Source: a virus
Reading direction: 5' to 3' (one strand)
Length of the DNA: 64,000 nucleotides
Virus record (IMG/VR): IMGVR_UViG_3300031565_000014
Span: 1-64,000 of that record
Shown here: one piece after another, positions 56,851 to 64,000 of the stretch
How the letters are laid out: each line of letters begins with the position of its first letter
Numbering within the stretch: the first letter of the stretch is position 1
Notes under the pieces: model-generated
Told to the model about the DNA's origin: nothing
The model's input: the letters and a program-made list of their open reading frames with translations, nothing else
Database searches by the model: none
Translations under genes and position numbers: made by a program

Positions 56851-59253
56851 TTATTTAAAACCGTATGCACTTAGTGGTGGGTTTTGATTTGCTTTATATG
56901 TATTCTTAGGAGAAGTTAAAGCATCAGCTTCCTCCTCTGCTTTACTTTGTATTTTCTTTTCATCCCACTTAGGGTGTCTGTTAAACCAATCTTTATATGC
57001 ATTTTGATATGCTTCATCCCATGCTTTTTTAGCATCATTTTCACTATAAGCACCATCTCCTGTAATAGGACGACCATCACCTGATCTACCAAATTCTCTA
57101 GTTAATGGATCAAAGTCATATTGAGGATACATCTCATTTACTATTTGGTTTTTAAAGGCTCTATGTAAACCATCTATATAACTTTGTCTTAATTTCTCTC
57201 TAGCAGCAGCTTTAGAATTGTCATATTGTTGATTAGCTATTGTAGTCTTATCATACTGATCAGTAAGTCTAAGCGCATTAGCAGCATTATATTGATTAAT
57301 CATTTGTTTGTTAGCTTGCTCAAATTGATTAGCTACACCAACATTACGTTCATCATATTGTGCGGTGATATTCGCCGCATTTCTTGCAGAGTCTCCTTGT
57401 ATTTTAGATAATCTTGAACCTAAAGCTTGTGGTCCAGCAAACATAGCAGATGCATCAGAAGCAATGTTAGCTTGTTCAGCATTTGCTGCTAAGGCTCTTG
57501 TAGGATCATAAAAAGTAGGATCCATAACTTCTACATCTACACCTGGAGACCAAGGTAAATATTTATTTATTCTACCATAATCCCCTGCAGCTCCTGCTGT
57601 ATTAATGATGTCTTCCATCCACCATCTATTAGGATCTTCATTAGTAGCTTCATTGAAAGGTTTTTCCGGAATAGCTCCTGCTTTTTTCTCAGGTGCTAGT
57701 TCTTCAGGTGCCTGCTCTTGATACCCGCCATATAATCCTTGAAACATTGTTGTATCACCGGGTTGTAGGTCTAAAGGAGAAATAGGCTGCCCTTCTTTTC
57801 TTGCTTGGTGGTCTTTATTACCAGTTTGTGTTAACATTAATTGAGAACCATCGTTATTAGAACCATATTTAATAAGATCAGGATTTTCAACAGAAGCGTC
57901 ATTTAATGCTAAATATAAAGCTTGAACAACTCCTACATCTTCAGGAGATAAAGCAGCATCCCCAAAATCTTTATAATAATCTCTATTTTTACCAACAGCC
58001 CCTCTATCATACCCTTTATTCATTTCATTAGTTAGAGGATTTCTGCCTGCAATATCTGAGTTAGAAATCATCTGCTCTACTTGACCTTGGTATGTACTAA
58101 ACAAATTTAATACTTCGTCATCACTATATTTTAATATTTTTTGTTTTACTTCTTCTGTTACTCTAGGATCATCAGCATTATCTACTATATCTATAAATTT
58201 ATTTATAACAAAATTTTTAAATTCAGGATCAGTTTTAAATCTTTCTTTAATTATGTTAAGACCGTTTTTAATACTAGAAACACCTGCTTTAGGTTTATTT
58301 TCATTAGAATTAGACGGTAGATTTTCTTCTTTCAATTTTTCTTCTTTAAGCCATGTTTGGTGGCTTGTTGCTTTAATTGGGTTACCACTTGCATCATATA
58401 CTACACGATCAGCATATTTTTCATTTAAATTTTCATCTTTAGCTTTAATAATATTTCCTTGATCATCATATAATTCTTGGTAATAATATTTACCATTACT
58501 AAACACAGGGTTGCTAACTTCTCTACCATCTTTATATTTGTCTAATTCCCCACCATTAGCATACTTAGAGGCACCTCCACACTTATAACATGGAGCATTG
58601 CCACCATAACGCATCATTTGTTCTTGAGGAGCTTCTTGACTCATTTGTGGTAAAATATCTTCAGGGTTAACACCTATAGAAGCTAAGTATTCCATAGATA
58701 CATTAGGTATACCATCTGGGAAACCTTTTATAGATTCTTGGACAAGAGCTAGTTTACCTAAAGATTGAGTATTATTTTTAAGCATACTCATGGCCGTATC
58801 TTTAGTTATTTTGTCTGACTTAATATCATTGATTATATTTTTATATTCGTTGATATCAAATTTAGCGGCTATTTTAGCAGGTGTAACTCCTTTAGTGCCA
58901 CCCATGTTAAATTCTTTTAGAATAGCTTTATCTTTTATTTTCATATCTCTATTATCTGAAAATATAAAAGATCCTTCTGGAATATTTAAAGGTGTCCCAC
59001 CTTGACTATGACGTTTACCCCCTACTTTATATAGTTCAGGTAACATGTCTGATGTCATATTTGTGTAAACATATTCTCCTTTTTCAGCTTCTAAATTAGC
59101 TGCCTCTCTATCTACAGGTTTAAGTGTATTAGACACAGTAGTATCCGGAGTATTAACATACTCGTCATTATTATTATAACTAGGTTCTAATTTGTTATAA
59201 TGTGACCCGCCATCTTTAGATTTCGGTAATCCTGTTATTCTTACTTTTCTCAT
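56851..59253 (-). CDS. Virion cargo protein with xxGG linkers
   Basis: NLEAEKGE...GKRHSQGG...FIFSD N-terminal module, a RYGG/KCGG/ANGG cluster and a Q/A/N-rich coiled C-terminus. Confidence 0.65.
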   Translation of the reverse strand: MRKVRITGLPKSKDGGSHYNKLEPSYNNNDEYVNTPDTTVSNTLKPVDREAANLEAEKGEYVYTNMTSDMLPELYKVGGKRHSQGGTPLNIPEGSFIFSDNRDMKIKDKAILKEFNMGGTKGVTPAKIAAKFDINEYKNIINDIKSDKITKDTAMSMLKNNTQSLGKLALVQESIKGFPDGIPNVSMEYLASIGVNPEDILPQMSQEAPQEQMMRYGGNAPCYKCGGASKYANGGELDKYKDGREVSNPVFSNGKYYYQELYDDQGNIIKAKDENLNEKYADRVVYDASGNPIKATSHQTWLKEEKLKEENLPSNSNENKPKAGVSSIKNGLNIIKERFKTDPEFKNFVINKFIDIVDNADDPRVTEEVKQKILKYSDDEVLNLFSTYQGQVEQMISNSDIAGRNPLTNEMNKGYDRGAVGKNRDYYKDFGDAALSPEDVGVVQALYLALNDASVENPDLIKYGSNNDGSQLMLTQTGNKDHQARKEGQPISPLDLQPGDTTMFQGLYGGYQEQAPEELAPEKKAGAIPEKPFNEATNEDPNRWWMEDIINTAGAAGDYGRINKYLPWSPGVDVEVMDPTFYDPTRALAANAEQANIASDASAMFAGPQALGSRLSKIQGDSARNAANITAQYDERNVGVANQFEQANKQMINQYNAANALRLTDQYDKTTIANQQYDNSKAAAREKLRQSYIDGLHRAFKNQIVNEMYPQYDFDPLTREFGRSGDGRPITGDGAYSENDAKKAWDEAYQNAYKDWFNRHPKWDEKKIQSKAEEEADALTSPKNTYKANQNPPLSAYGFK

Positions 59254-59258
59254 AATGT

Positions 59259-62200
59259 TTAATCTAAATATTCTATTGTACCTCCGTTAGCTAAAATATA
59301 TTGAATATCTTCATCAGACATTTCATATTCGCCGCCTTCTTGATAATTAACGCTAGTTCCTCCAAATTTATTCATAGCTAAAGAAGGATCGTCCATCTGA
59401 TCTAACTTAGCACTATATTCTTTTTGTAATTTCTGATGAAGCTTAGCTTTCTTTTTATCTTCAATATCCATAGCCTCAATTTTATCTTGTTCAACAATTA
59501 GATTACGCATCCATCTTTCTTCATTGTTTACTAATCTATGAGGCTCCAAATTTGCAGCAACTTGACCTGTTCCTCTTTTTTGCATGTGAGGAGCATCCAT
59601 TTGTTGAAATCTTTGCTGAGCTTGATCAAATTCATTTTCTAAACGAGGAACATCACCGACATACCTCATTACTCTATTATCACTACCTTTAGCATATCGT
59701 GACGGATCCACCCACGGATTATTACTGTTACCAGAATACATATTAAACTCATCCACTCCACCAGGACTATAAGAAACAGAACCATCTTCACCAGCAATAA
59801 CCGCATGATAACTTCCACTACGTCCTGAAGTATTGTTATAATGGCCCCTAATAAGATCTCCTGACTCAGGTATTGTACCTGCAGGTAAAAGATCAAAACC
59901 TAAGTTTTTAGCTTGGCTATTAAAGCTACCATTACCTGTAACAATTGGCAAAGGGTCACCAGCACCCACTTTCACACTACCAAAAGTCATGTCTGGAGAA
60001 TCAGAAGGGACTGTTGCTCCTGCATTTTGCATTACTTGACAAGCGTATGTGTTGCAAGCGAAACCATTTTGGCCAACCCAATTTGCTGTTGCTGGAGGAA
60101 GAGATTGTCTTGGGTTATTCATTGCTGCAATCTTATAAGCTTCTTCTGGAATAGCATTTCTAACGTTCTGTACTCTCGTATTTTCTTGAGCATGTGCGTT
60201 TCTAGCAGCATCTATTTTATCTCCTTGAGCAAACCATTCCTCTATAGCACCACCATTTTGATATCTATTATAATTTCTATTTTGAGCATATGTTTTATCA
60301 TCAGGTCTAAATAAGCCTGTGTTCATTTCATAGTCTCCTCTGTCTCCAGACATTGATGGTTTAGTTGTAAACACACTATCAGCCATCCTGTCCTTACTTA
60401 ATTCTCTTTCTCTTTCAGCTCTAGCTCTACTTTCTAAAAAACCGTTTAGCATACTTAAGCCAGCTAAAGCACCAGATGCCCCAGCTTGACCTATCCACGC
60501 ATTATTCTTAGGTTTTTTAGCCCCCATTTGAGGAGGTAAACTAGATCCTAATGGCTTATCTACACCAGCATCTGTTAAAGTTCCAGGAGAGTTTTCTATT
60601 ACTCCAGCACTTTTAGGTGTCATTTTAGTTAAACCATCTGGGTTAATACTACTTCCTATGCTAGGCGTGTTAGCTATGTTAGGTGTATTAGCTATTGTAC
60701 CTGCAGGAATTTGTTGCATTTTTAAAGGGTCTTGTGACATACTATAGTCTACACCTAGAGGATCACCATAGTCTAAGGGTTCTGGAGCTAATGGATCATC
60801 CAACATTGGTACATTCATAGTCTGTCTATAATCCTCTTGGAGACCATTAGGATTATTAGCATTATTATTATTAAATCCATTATTATTATTTAATCCTTGA
60901 TAATTTTGCCAATCACCTTTACCATCATATAGATCATTAACATTATTTAACTGTGCATCATATTCTTCTCTAGTTATTTGACCAGATTCTAATTGTTGTT
61001 TTAATATACTCATATCAGAAGCATAGATATCTCTTGAGATACCTTGTCCTCCGACTCCTACATAAGCACCACCTGTTTGAAACATCTGAGGCTTTTTTAG
61101 CTCTTTTAGACCTGAATACATTTCTTCTAACTTACTATTGATAACGTTATTTCTAAGTAATTCAGCAAAGTTAGTCTTTTTATTTTTAGTATAATCTTTA
61201 TTCTCTTCTTGAGGAACATAATTAGGTTCTACTTTAAAATCTTTCTTACTTAGGTTAGCATATTGCATTAGCATACTAGGATCCATCTGGCTAAACTGTT
61301 CTGCAGGATAAGCATCATAAGAACCGCCTTCATCAAACATAGCAATAGGTCTAGCATTACCACGTTTAACTTGTTTGTAATGATCTTTAGATTGCATATA
61401 AACATCTCTAATATTTTTTATATTTTCCCTATCTTGTTGTCTAAAATCACGCGTTCCTTCTTCATAAGGGTTTTTTCTATATGTTGCGAAGGCACGAGCA
61501 TCCATTATTTTATCATAATCTCTTTTACCACTAAACTTGTCAGCATAGTCATAATATCCTGGTTGATTGACAAAAGGTGCGTTTAAATTAGAAGCAAGTA
61601 TATTTAAACCTTCTTGTTGATATACATTAGGATCTTCACCGTATACTCCAGGTACTTGTTCGCCGGCCTGTGCTTTATGTAAAGAACCTTCACCATCTTG
61701 CATCATAGACATTATCTCTTCATCAGATTTACCTTCTCTTCTAAGTTGCTCTATATATTCAGGAGAAGACAAGTCTATAGACTGCATTTGGTTAAACATA
61801 CGTCTATCCATGTTAGATGTGTCTATTTTAAAATCAGGAATAGATTTTTTAAAATCAGGCATAGGTACTTCAAAACTTCTTATTTTATAGCTGTCTTGTG
61901 TTTGACTCATTCCTTGATCTGCATTAAACCCTTCAGGATAATAATTATCATAGAAGTTTTGCATTTTAATTTCTTCAGGTGTAGCGCCCGGTTTATTATA
62001 AAACTCCATAGGTCCAGGACCTTCATATTTATTCTGTGAATTATAGTTAATATTTTCATAAGGGATATAAGGATTAGTGTTACCTCCACCATCTTGCATC
62101 TTCTTCTTAAAGAACTTATTAAAGTTTTTTAGGTTATCGTCATATTTACCAAATTTATTAGACTGCATTTGCTTTGTGTAATCAGCATACTTAGGATCTG

Positions 62201-63854
62201 ACATTTGAGAAACAGGTACACTTACTACTCTGTAGCCTTCACCATACTCACTATCTAAACCTCCTGAGTAATCATCGGAGTCAAAAGAAAATCTATCTTG
62301 ACCCACGCCATACTCACCTTTTATTACTGGTTTAGAATTAGTAAAATTATAAATATTTGCATTATTTTCACCAACTTGTTCTGGATTAACTACACCTACA
62401 GACGATCTATAGTTTAATACTTTAGGTTTATTACCTCTAGTATCTACTAAAAATTGATAATATTGTTCAGGTGTGACTTCTCTACCAGCGGCACCACCAT
62501 CTTGGTATTTTCCTTTATCATATTGAACCATCTCTTCTTCAGTCATAGGTCTTGTAGGTGATGTTGGCCCCATACCTCTGTAACCTCCATAGTTATTTAT
62601 CTTATATTCATTAGCTTCATCTAAAGCATCCAAGTTTTCATAATTAGCATAATTTTTCATGTAATCATAATAGTCATCATTCTCTAAAGGATTACTATAT
62701 ACTCTATCAGCAATAAGCTTTAAAGCTTCTTTTTCATTTTTAGGCTTTAAATGATCTTTCTTTAAAGAGTTTAACGCCTTCTGGGTCATGTTACCTTGTT
62801 CATTTTTTACCTCAGGATATTCAAGGTTAAGCTGGTAATTACGAAACTCATCAGTAAAAGGAATAGCTTCTCTTGCCGCATCTCTTTCTGTCATGTAATC
62901 TTCGAAAGCTTCAGTACCGTATTTTATATGAGGAGGTATATTATAAAGAAATGGCGAAGTGTTATCATAAAACATTGCACGTCTAGTTTCTACAGGGATA
63001 TCCAAGCTTGATTGGTAATAGTTATTAGCATCTTCTTCTTTTTCAAAATATTGAACTTCTTTTCTTTTTAAAGCTTCATCATAAGCATCTATAGGTTCTC
63101 TAATTTCTGACCAATTATCATCTTCATCTTGAAATAATGTAGGAAATACTACCCATCCTTTTCCTGGAATATATTCTTTCATCATACCATGAGCAATTGG
63201 TTCTTGAGGTCTCCCTACCCATCCTTCTCTAGAAGGTAATTTTGGTTTGCCTCCTCCATTTTGGTATTTAATTAAACCTCCATATTTTTTCTCTTGCTTC
63301 CAATCACCATCATCAGCAAAACTTATAGCAGCTTTAACGTCTTCTCCAAAATAATTTACTTCTCCTCTTTTTTTAGCTTCAGCATAAGCTTCACCAACGT
63401 CTTGAATTTCTTTCCAGTCGTCCTTACCATTTTGAAATAATGTAGGGAAAGCTACCCAACCTTCACCGGGAATGTATTCTCGTGCCATTAAATGTGTAGA
63501 AGGTCTATTATCATTTTCAGGATCTAATACTATGTCACCTTCTCTATAAGGTACAAATGTAGTTGATCTTTGCTTTACACCACCATCTTGGTACATAGGA
63601 AATTCATCTACATAATCAGCACCAGGAAAGTTATATTCTCCTCCAGGCATCATGATTATAGATCGCCCATTATTATCAACACCCATTACAGGGTAGTTAA
63701 CTCCTTGCATGGTAATATCTCCTCCAGGAATCCTTGTGTTCTGACCAGGATGAGCCCATTGACCTCTTGGATCATAAATCATATCCTTACTATAAGGGTT
63801 AGACTGCTTAGTCTGACTTGACTTAACTTTTATTTTTCCTTTATTTAAACTCAT
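59259..63854 (-). CDS. Modular virion cargo protein with repeated QxGG linkers and NlpC/P60-like module
   Basis: About 10 [YMF]QxGG-like motifs, a duplicated GWVxFPTLFQ module and CNTYAC...GDLI...HAVI. Confidence 0.7.
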   Translation of the reverse strand: MSLNKGKIKVKSSQTKQSNPYSKDMIYDPRGQWAHPGQNTRIPGGDITMQGVNYPVMGVDNNGRSIIMMPGGEYNFPGADYVDEFPMYQDGGVKQRSTTFVPYREGDIVLDPENDNRPSTHLMAREYIPGEGWVAFPTLFQNGKDDWKEIQDVGEAYAEAKKRGEVNYFGEDVKAAISFADDGDWKQEKKYGGLIKYQNGGGKPKLPSREGWVGRPQEPIAHGMMKEYIPGKGWVVFPTLFQDEDDNWSEIREPIDAYDEALKRKEVQYFEKEEDANNYYQSSLDIPVETRRAMFYDNTSPFLYNIPPHIKYGTEAFEDYMTERDAAREAIPFTDEFRNYQLNLEYPEVKNEQGNMTQKALNSLKKDHLKPKNEKEALKLIADRVYSNPLENDDYYDYMKNYANYENLDALDEANEYKINNYGGYRGMGPTSPTRPMTEEEMVQYDKGKYQDGGAAGREVTPEQYYQFLVDTRGNKPKVLNYRSSVGVVNPEQVGENNANIYNFTNSKPVIKGEYGVGQDRFSFDSDDYSGGLDSEYGEGYRVVSVPVSQMSDPKYADYTKQMQSNKFGKYDDNLKNFNKFFKKKMQDGGGNTNPYIPYENINYNSQNKYEGPGPMEFYNKPGATPEEIKMQNFYDNYYPEGFNADQGMSQTQDSYKIRSFEVPMPDFKKSIPDFKIDTSNMDRRMFNQMQSIDLSSPEYIEQLRREGKSDEEIMSMMQDGEGSLHKAQAGEQVPGVYGEDPNVYQQEGLNILASNLNAPFVNQPGYYDYADKFSGKRDYDKIMDARAFATYRKNPYEEGTRDFRQQDRENIKNIRDVYMQSKDHYKQVKRGNARPIAMFDEGGSYDAYPAEQFSQMDPSMLMQYANLSKKDFKVEPNYVPQEENKDYTKNKKTNFAELLRNNVINSKLEEMYSGLKELKKPQMFQTGGAYVGVGGQGISRDIYASDMSILKQQLESGQITREEYDAQLNNVNDLYDGKGDWQNYQGLNNNNGFNNNNANNPNGLQEDYRQTMNVPMLDDPLAPEPLDYGDPLGVDYSMSQDPLKMQQIPAGTIANTPNIANTPSIGSSINPDGLTKMTPKSAGVIENSPGTLTDAGVDKPLGSSLPPQMGAKKPKNNAWIGQAGASGALAGLSMLNGFLESRARAERERELSKDRMADSVFTTKPSMSGDRGDYEMNTGLFRPDDKTYAQNRNYNRYQNGGAIEEWFAQGDKIDAARNAHAQENTRVQNVRNAIPEEAYKIAAMNNPRQSLPPATANWVGQNGFACNTYACQVMQNAGATVPSDSPDMTFGSVKVGAGDPLPIVTGNGSFNSQAKNLGFDLLPAGTIPESGDLIRGHYNNTSGRSGSYHAVIAGEDGSVSYSPGGVDEFNMYSGNSNNPWVDPSRYAKGSDNRVMRYVGDVPRLENEFDQAQQRFQQMDAPHMQKRGTGQVAANLEPHRLVNNEERWMRNLIVEQDKIEAMDIEDKKKAKLHQKLQKEYSAKLDQMDDPSLAMNKFGGTSVNYQEGGEYEMSDEDIQYILANGGTIEYLD

Positions 63855-63857
63855 AGC

Positions 63858-64000
63858 TTATCTTGGACTTATAACTTGCTTCTCTTTATTCAATTTAAAC
63901 AAAAATTTTGAATCTCCTGATACTCTTTTCTTTAAAATTAAAGACGAGAGATAATGTCTAAACTTTTTTCTTTGTAATTCTGGTTTATTATAGTCAATAT
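63858..64000 (-). CDS. 3' end of a truncated gene, probably the crAss-like tail/muzzle (stabilization) protein
   Basis: Open frame IDYNKPELQRKKFRHY...QVISPR*; the identity is inferred from position upstream of the cargo genes. Confidence 0.5.
   Translation of the reverse strand, partial: IDYNKPELQRKKFRHYLSSLILKKRVSGDSKFLFKLNKEKQVISPR

Noticed and set aside
60660-60895. IANTPNIANTP and poly-Asn micro-repeats
   Set aside because: Ordinary low-complexity slippage in a disordered linker
30980-63821. Many short + strand ORFs and alternative-frame ORFs inside the giant genes
   Set aside because: They are shadow ORFs antisense to or overlapping long genes, with Ser/Leu/Phe/Ile-rich composition typical of reverse-frame translation
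59259-63854. Diversity-generating retroelement template/variable repeat explanation for the duplicated module
   Set aside because: No reverse transcriptase is in the window, both copies are coding, and the differences are not confined to adenines
1-64000. Stop-codon reassignment (TAG or TGA), known in some crAss-like phages
   Set aside because: Genes up to 12 kb are uninterrupted in code 11, coding density is high, and TAG and TGA both end genes at sensible positions (e.g. 1470, 708)

Overview
This AT-rich 64-kb window is part of a crAss-like (Crassvirales-type) phage genome, probably infecting a Bacteroidota/Flavobacteriia host, and uses the standard genetic code. Two convergent gene blocks meet at a bidirectional terminator at ~29.4 kb. 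The + strand block (1-29.4 kb) holds early/accessory and replication genes: a lipoprotein, GH73 glucosaminidase, stripped ClpX-like ATPase, ClpS, SF2 helicase, degenerate UNG, DnaA-C-like HTH, DnaB, AAA_24 ATPase, SSB, primase, RusA-like resolvase, vWA-metallopeptidase plus MoxR, PD-(D/E)XK nuclease, PolB and MazG-like enzyme. It also contains an inverted lysis cassette. The - strand block (29.4-64 kb) encodes giant virion cargo proteins, including a 4041-aa virion RNA polymerase (DFDVD motif). The most unusual signals are: (1) an integron-like array of attC-like AAC...GTT folded sites at 8.64-9.3 kb, with one gene showing the cassette signature and no integrase in the window; (2) a 1531-aa cargo protein built from modules separated by ~10 [YMF]-Q-x-G-G linkers, like a polyprotein; (3) a recurrent ~27-40-nt 'KPTQQ(T/S)NE' repeat at the borders of inserted domains in two giant virion genes; (4) a ClpX homologue lacking its IGF, RKH and GYVG loops; (5) a catalytically dead UNG; and (6) a non-canonical His-like tRNA. 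All family assignments come from motif recognition by eye; no searches were run.
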